From the NCBI RefSeq assembly GCF_000025125.1, contig NC_013771.1, positions 270,001-302,000 on the forward strand: a stretch of DNA of 32,000 nucleotides, written 5' to 3'. This DNA is from Candidatus Atelocyanobacterium thalassa isolate ALOHA. Lineage in GTDB: Bacteria > Cyanobacteriota > Cyanobacteriia > Cyanobacteriales > Microcystaceae. This document shows positions 1 to 7,853 of the stretch, piece after piece; the stretch's first letter is position 1; every line of letters begins with the position of its first letter. The translations under genes and the position numbers were made by a program. The notes beneath the pieces are model-generated. The model did not search any database. It saw only the letters and a program-made list of their open reading frames with translations, and was not told the origin of the DNA.

Positions 1-14
1 ATTAACCCTAATAC

Positions 15-46
15 AAAAAAGACTCTCTGCTTTTATAGCAGAGAGT
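15..46 (-). terminator. Rho-independent terminator downstream of rplL
   Basis: On the minus strand, a 9-bp stem (22-30 pairs with 38-46, ACTCTCTGC/GCAGAGAGT) with a 7-nt loop is followed directly by TTTTTT (plus-strand A run 15-20). It lies about 40 nt after the rplL stop. Confidence 0.6.
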
Positions 47-84
47 TTGCAGTAGATAACTTTTAAAGTAATTATCTATCTATT

Positions 85-480
85 CTATTTAATAGTTACC
101 TTAGCTCCAGCATCTTCAAGCTGTTTCTTGATACTTTCGGCGTCATCTTTTGTAGTTCCTTCTTTAAGGGACTTAGGAGTTGATTCAACAAGATCTTTTG
201 CTTCTTTAAGTCCTAATCCAGTTATGGTACGGACAACTTTAAGAATAGCTATTTTTTTGTCGCTAGGGAATTCTTCAAGAATAACATCAAATTCTGTTTT
301 TTCTTCTGCAGCTTCTCCAGCACCTGCTGCAGCTGCTACTGGAGCTCCCATCATCATTCCTCCTACAGGTGCAGAAGCACTTACATCAAATACTTCTTCA
401 ATCTGCTTAACAAGTTCAGACGCTTCTAAAAGACTTAAGGATTTAAGTTTTTCGATGATTTCATCAGTTATATTAGACAT
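85..480 (-). CDS. rplL: 50S ribosomal protein L7/L12
   Basis: The 131-aa ORF has the typical L7/L12 layout: an N-terminal dimerisation helix, an Ala/Gly/Met-rich hinge ([25 protein letters not shown]) and a C-terminal domain ([24 protein letters not shown]). GGAG sits upstream of the ATG, and the gene follows rplJ. Confidence 0.95.
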   Translation of the reverse strand: MSNITDEIIEKLKSLSLLEASELVKQIEEVFDVSASAPVGGMMMGAPVAAAAGAGEAAEEKTEFDVILEEFPSDKKIAILKVVRTITGLGLKEAKDLVESTPKSLKEGTTKDDAESIKKQLEDAGAKVTIK

Positions 481-542
481 TGTTTAACTCCTAAATATTG
501 TAAAAAAGTTGAATAAGTAAACCAGTTAATAATTAAAATTTA

Positions 543-1103
543 TTAACTTTCTTTTTTTGCTGCAACAGCAGCAAACGCACGACCTAAGGAATTTGGTATC
601 TCATTAACACCTCTACCTAAAGAAGTCGGTACTTGATTGATTCCAATGGCAATTTTAGCAGTAATGGAATTGATCAATCCTGCTGCTTGCCCTATAAGCT
701 CTTCTTTAGAAGGCAAGTCAGCAATTGCTTTGACTTGTTCTTCGTTTAGAGTCTGCCCTTGCATTACACCACCACGAAAAGCAGTTTTTTTAGTTTCTTT
801 TTTAAAAGCTTGATAGGCTTTAATTGCACCACCTAAATCTTCTTTCACTAAGATAAAAGCCGATGATCCATTCAGAAAACTAGTTATTGGTTTCCATTTC
901 TCACTACCAATTACTGCTTTTTCCATGAAAGTGTTTTTGGTTACCTTACAGATCGCTCCGCTTGAACGTAAACGATTCCGTAGGTCAGTTATTTCTGCAA
1001 CAGTTAAACCTTGATAATCAATGACGAAACTTAATTCTGCTTCATCAAGTAATTCCTTCAAGTTAGAAATAACCATTGCTTTGTTTTCTTTTGTTCTTCC
1101 CAT
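543..1103 (-). CDS. rplJ: 50S ribosomal protein L10
   Basis: The protein from the internal Met (MGRTKENKAMVISNLKELL...) is L10-like. The ATG at 1103 has AAGGAGGTGA about 10 nt upstream. The 25 upstream codons of the track ORF (MKFDPPARQNARAYFF...) look like translated leader. Canonical position before rplL. Confidence 0.9.
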   Translation of the reverse strand: MGRTKENKAMVISNLKELLDEAELSFVIDYQGLTVAEITDLRNRLRSSGAICKVTKNTFMEKAVIGSEKWKPITSFLNGSSAFILVKEDLGGAIKAYQAFKKETKKTAFRGGVMQGQTLNEEQVKAIADLPSKEELIGQAAGLINSITAKIAIGINQVPTSLGRGVNEIPNSLGRAFAAVAAKKES

Positions 1104-1293
1104 TATATTCTCACCTCCTTTATTTTTTGGGAAAAAATAAGCCCTAGCATTCTGCCGGGCTGGAGGGTCAAACTTCATAATAATAAAAATTTATTAAGCT
1201 TGATCCTTCAGGTTTTACCTCGGCAGGATTATTATGCTATTTGCACCTGCTGTCTTTGATATTAACCAAAGTCTAATTTTCAATTTTAAGATT
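1104..1293 (-). promoter_or_regulatory. Putative structured rplJ 5' leader with attenuator-like hairpin
   Basis: This 190-nt rplA-rplJ spacer has locally GC-rich complementary segments in an otherwise AT-rich genome. On the minus strand, AGCCCGGCAGAATGCTAGGGCT (1140-1161) forms a stem-loop followed by TTATTTTTT, only about 28 nt before the rplJ SD. L10(L12)4 autoregulation through the rplJ leader is established in other bacteria. Confidence 0.4.
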
Positions 1294-2010
1294 TTAGATA
1301 TCTTCTAACTTCAAATCTCGCAAGGCATTGATATCTATTTGAATAGATGGGCCCATAGATGCAGAAACATATACACTACGCCAGTAACGTCCTTTCGCTC
1401 CGGAAGGTCTTTGTTTATCGACGGTATCCTGTAAAGCTTTTAGGTTAACTAATAAGTCTTTAGGTGAAAAGGATGCCTTGCCAAATATAACATGAACGAT
1501 GCCAGTACGATCAGCACGAAATTCCAACTTACCTGATTTAAATTCAGAAATTGCTTTTCCCAAATCAGAGGTAACAGTTCCTCCTTTTGGCGAGGGCATT
1601 AGACCACGAGGTCCAAGTGCACGACCAAGTTTTGCAACTTTAGGCATCATATCAGGAGTGGCTATTAAGACCTCAAAATCCATCATACCTTTCTGGATTT
1701 CCTCAATAAGTTCTTCTGAACCTACTATATCTGCTCCAGCATTGCTTGCTTCTTGGACTTTTTCGCCTTTCGCTATAACAGCTACTCGGATCGATTGGCC
1801 CGTACCATTGGGTAAAGAGACAGTTGTTCTTAACTGTTGATCAGTATACTTAGGATCAATTCCTAAACGTATATGAGCTTCTGCTGATTCATTAAATTTA
1901 GCAGTAGCAGTTTCTTTTAACAATTCTAAAGCTTCAATAGGTTGATAAGCTTTTTTTTGATCAATCTTAGCTAACGCTTCTTTAATACGTTTTGAAAGTT
2001 TTTTAGACAT
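1294..2010 (-). CDS. rplA: 50S ribosomal protein L1
   Basis: The 238-aa ORF shows a clear L1 family sequence ([27 protein letters not shown]...). Conserved rplK-rplA order. Confidence 0.95.
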   Translation of the reverse strand: MSKKLSKRIKEALAKIDQKKAYQPIEALELLKETATAKFNESAEAHIRLGIDPKYTDQQLRTTVSLPNGTGQSIRVAVIAKGEKVQEASNAGADIVGSEELIEEIQKGMMDFEVLIATPDMMPKVAKLGRALGPRGLMPSPKGGTVTSDLGKAISEFKSGKLEFRADRTGIVHVIFGKASFSPKDLLVNLKALQDTVDKQRPSGAKGRYWRSVYVSASMGPSIQIDINALRDLKLEDI

Positions 2011-2068
2011 GTTTTATTTTGGGTATTAGCGAAGTTTTCTTCTCCCCTTAAATTAACTTGATTTCTAC

Positions 2069-2494
2069 TTAATCTTTGATGAGAACGCCCATATTACGAG
2101 CAGTTCCTTCAACAATATTCATTGCTGCATCAATATCATTAGCATTAAGATCAGGCATTTTAGTTTGGGCAATATCCTTAAGTTGGTTATAAGTAATACT
2201 ACCTACTTTTTCCTTATCTGGTTGACTTGAACCTTTTTCGATTCCAGCAGCTTTAAGAATGAGTACTGATGCTGGTGGAGTTTTAAGAACAAAGGTAAAA
2301 CTACGATCTTCATAGACAGAGATTTCAACAGGAATAATCATTCCTGCTTTATCTGATGTCTTAGCATTATATTCTTTACAAAATGCCATAATATTGACAC
2401 CACGCTGTCCTAATGCTGGGCCGACAGGAGGTGCAGGATTAGCCTTTCCCGCAGGAAGGGCAAGTTTAATTAAGGCAACAACTTTTTTCGCCAT
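2069..2494 (-). CDS. rplK: 50S ribosomal protein L11
   Basis: The 141-aa ORF carries the L11 signature ([31 protein letters not shown]). It starts 2 nt after the nusG stop. Confidence 0.95.
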   Translation of the reverse strand: MAKKVVALIKLALPAGKANPAPPVGPALGQRGVNIMAFCKEYNAKTSDKAGMIIPVEISVYEDRSFTFVLKTPPASVLILKAAGIEKGSSQPDKEKVGSITYNQLKDIAQTKMPDLNANDIDAAMNIVEGTARNMGVLIKD

Positions 2495-2496
2495 CG

Positions 2497-3117
2497 CTAA
2501 TTTTGCTTCTCAACTTGATTAAATTCTAGTTCAACCGGGGTATCTCTTCCAAAAATTGAAAGTAACGCTCTTAGTTTATTCCTTTCAGAACTAACTTCTA
2601 CCACTTCTCCCTCGAAGTCTTTAAATGGACCCGAAAGTACCACAATTTTGTCACCAACCTCCATATCAATTTTAATGATAGGTTCTGATCGTTCTGTTTG
2701 TCTGAAAATTCGTTCTACTTCTGATGGACTAAGGGGAAGAGGTTTTACATGCCCACGTCCTCTACCAGAGGCTCGACGTTGTTCAGATCCAACAAAATTA
2801 ATTACATTGGGGGTACTTTTTATGACCAACCAAGTATCGTCATCCATAATCATTTTGACTAGTATGTAACCAGGGAATACTTTTTCTTCTCCCTGTTGAC
2901 GACTACCATCTTTACGAACTTTGATTGTTGGCGCTTTTGGGATCTGGATTTGTAATATATTTCCAGCTGTGTCCAAGGTCTGAACTCGTTGTTCCAAATT
3001 ACTTTTTACTCGTTTTTCACAACCAGAAGCTACTTGTACAGCATACCAGCGAACAACAGGTTTCTGTACATCTGAAAATTCTTCTAAATCTGATGAAAGA
3101 TTATAAGTATGATCCAT
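2497..3117 (-). CDS. nusG: Transcription termination/antitermination factor NusG
   Basis: It has an NGN domain ([21 protein letters not shown]...FPGYILVKM) and a C-terminal KOW ([21 protein letters not shown]). The preferred start ATG at 3115-3117 overlaps the secE stop as TAATG. The track ORF extends 8 codons further. Confidence 0.9.
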   Translation of the reverse strand: MDHTYNLSSDLEEFSDVQKPVVRWYAVQVASGCEKRVKSNLEQRVQTLDTAGNILQIQIPKAPTIKVRKDGSRQQGEEKVFPGYILVKMIMDDDTWLVIKSTPNVINFVGSEQRRASGRGRGHVKPLPLSPSEVERIFRQTERSEPIIKIDMEVGDKIVVLSGPFKDFEGEVVEVSSERNKLRALLSIFGRDTPVELEFNQVEKQN

Positions 3118-3344
3118 TAAAATACCTTCCCTGATCCCCAAGTAAAGAAATTATCTACGAGATAAATCACGGTTGCTACAAGACTTACCATTAAAATAAC
3201 AGCAGCAGATTCACTCAATAACTGCTGTCTTGAGGGCCAAACAATCTTAGCCAACTCTTCCCTCGTGTCAATCACGAAGTTTTTTACTTTGGTATCGCCT
3301 CTAGCTTGTTTTAAATCTCTTTCAGATTCTTCTTTTCTTGTCAC
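3117..3344 (-). CDS. secE: Preprotein translocase subunit SecE
   Basis: The 75-aa protein has a basic N-terminus, a single C-terminal TM helix (AAVILMVSLVATVIYLVDNFF) and a conserved KV.WPSR.. motif (AKIVWPSRQQL). It lies immediately upstream of nusG. Confidence 0.8.
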   Translation of the reverse strand: MTRKEESERDLKQARGDTKVKNFVIDTREELAKIVWPSRQQLLSESAAVILMVSLVATVIYLVDNFFTWGSGKVF

Positions 3345-3528
3345 AATGATCTTTTCCCAACATAAAACGACGGTTTTTATTACTGTATTGGTTTCTTAGA
3401 CTTGGAAACTAGGGAAATTACCCCCATTACACTTGGTATATTAGATATAGACCGAGATACTGTTTCTAATTATTTATTAATTAATTGATAAATAATCTTG
3501 TCTTAAAAGAACCGCATACCAATACAGG

Positions 3529-3602
3529 ATCGGAGCGGCGGGATTTGAACCCACGACCCCTACTACCCCAAAGTAGTGCGCTACCAAGCTGCGCTACGCC
3601 CC
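3529..3602 (-). tRNA. tRNA-Pro (anticodon GGG)
   Basis: The minus-strand read CGGGGCG-TA-GCGC-AGCTTGGTA-GCGC-A-CTACT-TTGGGGT-AGTAG-GGGTC-GTGGG-TTCAAAT-CCCGC-CGCTCCG-A folds as a cloverleaf. It has a 7-bp acceptor stem (one G-T), a 5-bp anticodon stem, loop TT-GGG-GT (G37 typical of tRNA-Pro) and a GTTCAAATC T-loop. CCA is not encoded. Confidence 0.9.
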
Positions 3603-4269
3603 GATATTCACAAAGATGTATTGTACACTTATTATTGTAATAAAAGCAAGCCAAAGTGTTTTTCAGTTTTTAATTACTTATATGTAGTTTTTTGAGATGC
3701 TTGAGTAATTAATTTTGCTAGCAACTTTTTAATATAGACCATAAATGAAAAACGATGATCTTCGTATTTCTAATTATAAAAAATCAATTTACGATTAGTA
3801 AATAATTTTTCATTTACTAACTAATTTCTATCACTTGTGGTCATATAAATTTAGACTGGAGAAGAATAGGAAAACTAAAAACTTTCAAACTTTCAACAAT
3901 CAACCTTATTGCTAAATATTTATTTTTAAGTATTTTAGATTAATGATTTTTCAGAGTTTAACCATATAGATTACTCACAACTTTGTTGAATATTTATCAG
4001 AAATAGTCTTGAATATTTAAATAAAACTTTTCATCTAGATAAAGACCAAAAAAGTATAAACTTATAAATTAAACCTGTTCTGTTGTAAAAAATATTTTTT
4101 ACTTAGGAAACAATGCTAACAGGATATTATGTATGAGTTTTCAACTATCTAAAAGTCAAAACTTAAGTACTCTAATACGTAAATAGATAGCTGACAAATA
4201 TTTAAAAAATAAAGTTAACGATTATTTTAAAATATAATAAATAATTATTAACTTTATTCTTTAATACTA

Positions 4270-4506
4270 TTAATCTCTTACATCACTGATGATTTCTGGC
4301 TGATTTAGCTCGTCTGACATTTCGATAATAGCCCGAACTGCTGGTTTCATATGGGCATTATCAATATTATCAAATTCTTCATAACGACGACGCTTTGCTC
4401 TAGTAGCAACTTGTACTGTTATACGATAACGATTAGGTGCCGCATCAAGTAGCTCTTGTGAACAGTACATGATTTGGGAAGAATCAAAAGAATATTTTTT
4501 TAGCAT
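4270..4506 (-). CDS. rpoZ: DNA-directed RNA polymerase omega subunit (cyanobacterial type)
   Basis: The 78-aa ORF has the conserved cyanobacterial omega core [19 protein letters not shown]...[20 protein letters not shown]. Confidence 0.85.
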   Translation of the reverse strand: MLKKYSFDSSQIMYCSQELLDAAPNRYRITVQVATRAKRRRYEEFDNIDNAHMKPAVRAIIEMSDELNQPEIISDVRD

Positions 4507-5093
4507 ACTTAATCTAAACCTGAGATCGACCTATAATGTAACATTCCTTCTCGTGATTGACAAACTTTTAATTATGCTATTGTCTATATTATCTACTATG
4601 TACTGCAACAAATAAAAATATTAATTTACAGAATAAAAAATGATATTTATCATATAAATGACCTGCATAATGCAACTCAAATTATTCTGTAAAATCAATC
4701 AAAATCAATATTTAAATTTTCAAAATTGCAATATCAACAAATATTTTTCTTATTTATGTAAGCTAAAGCCAGCCCTTGATAGCGAGTAAAAATATATGGA
4801 TATTAAAAAAAATAAAATTTAAGAACTATATTGATACCTAGAAATCAACTAAATAGAATACATACTATATTTACGTACATATCACCCTAGATAGAATAGG
4901 TTTATTTAACTATCTAGAGCTTGAAATTAAAGCTAAATGGCTCGATTGTAGTTGTTAATTAAAATATCATTTAGATGAGTACTCTAAATTTTTTCATATA
5001 TACTGAAGCGATCTTAAATGATTTATGCTATCTTGTGACCATAGTTAAATGCTTTATGAAATCTAATTCTTATATTACTTGGGAAATAATATT

Positions 5094-5510
5094 ATGGTTC
5101 AAATGAAAAAAAATAAGATAGATGATACTGTTGTAATTCCTTTTTCTTCAACTAATACAGAGAATTTGTTAACAGAAAAACGCCCTTGGGGATCATTTAC
5201 AACTTTAGAAGAAGGGCCAGGTTATAAAATCAAAAGAATAGAAGTTAATCCAGGGCACAGACTTAGTCTACAAATGCATTATCATCGTAGCGAGCATTGG
5301 ATAGTAGTTTCTGGAACAGCTAAGGTAACCTGTGGAGATAAAGAAAAAATTTTAGGTGCAAATGAGTCTACTTATGTACCCCAATGCACCTCGCATCGAT
5401 TAGAAAATCCAGGGGTAATAAAACTAATTTTAATTGAAGTCCAAAATGGCGAATATTTGGGAGAAGATGATATTGTTCGTTTTCAGGACGATTACTCACG
5501 TCATAAATAG
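5094..5510 (+). CDS. Cupin-type mannose-6-phosphate isomerase (type II PMI C-terminal-domain-like)
   Basis: It matches the PMI/GMP cupin domain: RPWGSF..L....YKIKRIEVNPG.RLSLQMHYHRSEHWIVVSGTA...G and LIEVQNGEYLGEDDIVRF.D.Y.R. The track ORF begins at TTG 5079. I prefer ATG 5094, with ATG 5103 also possible. Confidence 0.7.
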   Translation: MVQMKKNKIDDTVVIPFSSTNTENLLTEKRPWGSFTTLEEGPGYKIKRIEVNPGHRLSLQMHYHRSEHWIVVSGTAKVTCGDKEKILGANESTYVPQCTSHRLENPGVIKLILIEVQNGEYLGEDDIVRFQDDYSRHK

Positions 5511-5568
5511 TAAATAAAATGTGATATTTTTGCAGTATAAAAAATATTTAAACTATCAACATATCCCA

Positions 5569-5593
5569 TAAAAAAAGGGATCTTTAGATCCCT
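5569..5593 (-). terminator. Rho-independent terminator downstream of psaC
   Basis: On the minus strand, AGGGATC/GATCCCT forms a 7-bp stem (5576-5582 with 5587-5593) with a 4-nt loop. It is followed by TTTTTTT (plus-strand A run 5570-5576), about 65 nt after the psaC stop. Confidence 0.55.
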
Positions 5594-5658
5594 CAGTGTT
5601 ATCGATTATAACAATAAGTTAAAATCGTTTTGACAATAATGTACTAGATTACGATTTT

Positions 5659-5904
5659 TTAGTAAGCTAAACCCATACTCCGACTGGTCTCTGCTCCAAG
5701 GTAAACACGAATACTCAAGAAATCAGTAGGGCAAGCTGTTTCACAGCGCTTACAACCTACACAATCTTCTGTACGGGGAGAAGCAGCAATTTCACCTGCT
5801 TTACAACCATTCCATGGAACCATCTCTAGTACATCTAGAGGACAGGCGCGGACACACTGAGTACATCCGACGCAGGTATCGTAGATTTTAACTTTATGTG
5901 ACAT
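5659..5904 (-). CDS. psaC: Photosystem I iron-sulfur centre subunit PsaC
   Basis: The 81-aa product starting [22 protein letters not shown]...[34 protein letters not shown] is near-invariant PsaC with two CxxCxxCxxxCP motifs. The 7-codon upstream extension in the track ORF is rejected. Confidence 0.97.
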   Translation of the reverse strand: MSHKVKIYDTCVGCTQCVRACPLDVLEMVPWNGCKAGEIAASPRTEDCVGCKRCETACPTDFLSIRVYLGAETSRSMGLAY

Positions 5905-6176
5905 TAATTTTGGCTCCTTAACCAAGTGCTCTGTTCTTAAAAAAACAATAGGGCTTTAAAAGTTAGTTTACCGCAGTGATTGAATTTACTGATGCAAATC
6001 TTGATAGAACTTTAGATTATTTAATAGTTGAGAAAAGAAAATAAGATATATATATATATTTATAACCTAGTTAATATTAAATATATTTATATGTGGTAGA
6101 TATTAGGGTATAAATATAAGTTCAGTATTGTTTTCAGATATTACAATTTTTGCGAATAGAAAATCACTTATTAGAT

Positions 6177-6569
6177 TTAGCTTGAGCTTTCTATTTGATT
6201 ATCATAAGAATCAACTATTTCAACATCAACAGTGTCAACTGACGTAATACAATGAAATTCACCATTTTTAATTTGTAAAGCTTCTCCACAATTAAGGCAA
6301 TAAGACTCTGTATTTCTAAAACTTGTTAATTCACTATTACATACAGGACAGTGACCATAAACTAAATTATTTTTCAACCACCATTTGAATATTAATAAGG
6401 CAATTACAGGAGTTATAATAATAATTCCTAATATCATTAATAATCCATTAATTATCCAACTTAAACCTGCTAAACCCAGCAAGAAAGTTAGTAAAAGTAA
6501 GTTTACAAAACAGCCAGGGCTGAAATTTTTCAGCCATAATAGCCTTGAAGAGTAACTATTCATTGTCAA
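6177..6569 (-). CDS. Hypothetical membrane protein with C-terminal zinc-ribbon
   Basis: The 130-aa ORF has two predicted TM helices (CFVNLLLLTFLLGLAGLSWII and LLMILGIIIITPVIALLIF). A CPVC-x14-CLNC pair typical of a zinc ribbon follows. No family recognised. Confidence 0.5.
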   Translation of the reverse strand: MTMNSYSSRLLWLKNFSPGCFVNLLLLTFLLGLAGLSWIINGLLMILGIIIITPVIALLIFKWWLKNNLVYGHCPVCNSELTSFRNTESYCLNCGEALQIKNGEFHCITSVDTVDVEIVDSYDNQIESSS

Positions 6570-6846
6570 GTATTTATATTTACCTATACTTTCGCCTATT
6601 ATTACATATATTGCAGATACTAAAGATAATCAAAGTTGAATATCATTAATATAGTTTTAGTTTTATCATATGCTTAAGTATGATAACTACATATTTACCA
6701 ATAAGAACTAAGTACTTAATCTTTACTTTAATTGAAAATATTGAATTTTAATAAACTAAAATCTTATAATTTTATATATCGAAAAATTACTTATAAGAAA
6801 TAAGATATTAGACAACATTACTATACTTCGAAAGAATTAATACAAA

Positions 6847-7842
6847 ATGAAAAAGCTATATTTCTTGGTACCGGGGACAGATAAGACTTTTTTTTGTGGT
6901 GGACTCGTTGCAGAATTAAAAATTTTAAATTTAGCAAAAGAAATTTGCAATTCAGAGTTGGTAACTTACAGGCAAAGAGAAATAGATACATTGTTTCTAG
7001 ATGATATTTTAAAACAAGACACTAGAGATATTATTTTTATAATTAGTTGGGGATTCGATATTCCTAAATTGATTAAGAGACTGAAGGGACATAACATAGT
7101 ATATCATGCTCATAGTAGCGGTTATGGATTCAATATTCCTTCATATATTCCTATAATAACAGTGAGCCACAACACAATGGGATATTGGGGACAGAAAGCA
7201 CCTCATTCTCCAATTTATTATTTACCGAATCAGATCTCAGATGAATTTTGTAATTTAAATTTAACAAGAGATATCGACGTTTTAGTACAAAAAAGAAAAT
7301 CATCTAGATATTTGTTAGAACAATTAGTTCCTCGACTAGAAAGTAGATGCAAAGTAGTTTTAATAACAAATTTTGTTGAAGATATTACAAAACTTTTTAA
7401 TCATTCAAAAGTTTATCTTTATGATTCAGCAGAGTACTGGGGACAACAAAATGTAAGTGAAGGATTTGGCTTACAACCCATGGAAGCCATGGCTTGTGGT
7501 TGCCAAGTTTTTTCAAGTTTAAATGGGGGTCTTTCTGACTATTTAGATCCAGAATTTAATTGCCAAAAAATTGCTGTCTATTCCACAGATTATGATGTAT
7601 TACGCATTCTTAAAGCCATCGACAATCCGAACCCAAATATAGTAAGTGATCCATCCCAAATGCTAATAAATTATCGAAGTAAAAAAATTATTGAACGTTT
7701 GGAAGTTATTCTGAATCAAATTAATTTATTTTTTGACCATAAATCTAATTTTGCAAGTGATATTAAAAACTTACAAAAAACGACAAAAATTAAAACCTTG
7801 ACAAAAAAAGTTTGGAGTAAATTAAAGAGTTACAAGGTTTAA
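6847..7842 (+). CDS. Glycosyltransferase (GT-B fold, GT1/GT4-like)
   Basis: The C-terminal half carries the GT4-type motif EGFGLQPMEAMACGCQVFSS (the E-x-FG...EAMA-G-x-PV pattern). Confidence 0.65.
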   Translation: MKKLYFLVPGTDKTFFCGGLVAELKILNLAKEICNSELVTYRQREIDTLFLDDILKQDTRDIIFIISWGFDIPKLIKRLKGHNIVYHAHSSGYGFNIPSYIPIITVSHNTMGYWGQKAPHSPIYYLPNQISDEFCNLNLTRDIDVLVQKRKSSRYLLEQLVPRLESRCKVVLITNFVEDITKLFNHSKVYLYDSAEYWGQQNVSEGFGLQPMEAMACGCQVFSSLNGGLSDYLDPEFNCQKIAVYSTDYDVLRILKAIDNPNPNIVSDPSQMLINYRSKKIIERLEVILNQINLFFDHKSNFASDIKNLQKTTKIKTLTKKVWSKLKSYKV

Positions 7843-7853
7843 CGGATCAAATA

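Noticed and set aside
128-487. Plus-strand 119-aa ORF antisense to rplL
   Set aside because: It overlaps a highly conserved ribosomal protein gene entirely. Its product is Ser/Ala/Pro-rich mirror-frame sequence with no recognisable family, so it is a shadow ORF.
1104-1178. N-terminal extensions of track ORFs: rplJ 1104-1178, nusG 3118-3141, psaC 5905-5925, L25 13384-13485, ribE 24515-24529 and GIY-YIG 29675-29713
   Set aside because: The internal Met in each case gives the canonical family N-terminus and/or has an SD. The extensions read like translated leader sequence.
1499-3134. Plus-strand ORFs 1499-1840, 2648-2869 and 2925-3134, antisense to rplA and nusG
   Set aside because: These are shadow ORFs inside well-supported minus-strand genes. 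They have no SD or start context and no protein-like features.
3603-4269. Genomic island or integrated element next to tRNA-Pro
   Set aside because: There is no integrase, no direct repeat of the tRNA 3' end and no foreign-looking genes. The region is simply gene-free AT-rich spacer.
4532-4563. Promoter-like hexamers near rpoZ: a plus-strand TATAAT at 4532-4537, and TTGACA (plus) / TTGTCA (minus) at 4557-4563
   Set aside because: Such hexamers arise frequently in AT-rich DNA. No partner hexamer at 17 +/- 1 nt scores well on either strand, so I did not annotate a promoter.
6046-6059. (AT)7 microsatellite in the psaC upstream spacer, and an 8-bp tandem AACTTTCA x2 near 3880-3897
   Set aside because: These are short low-complexity repeats expected by chance in DNA this AT-rich, with no evidence of function.
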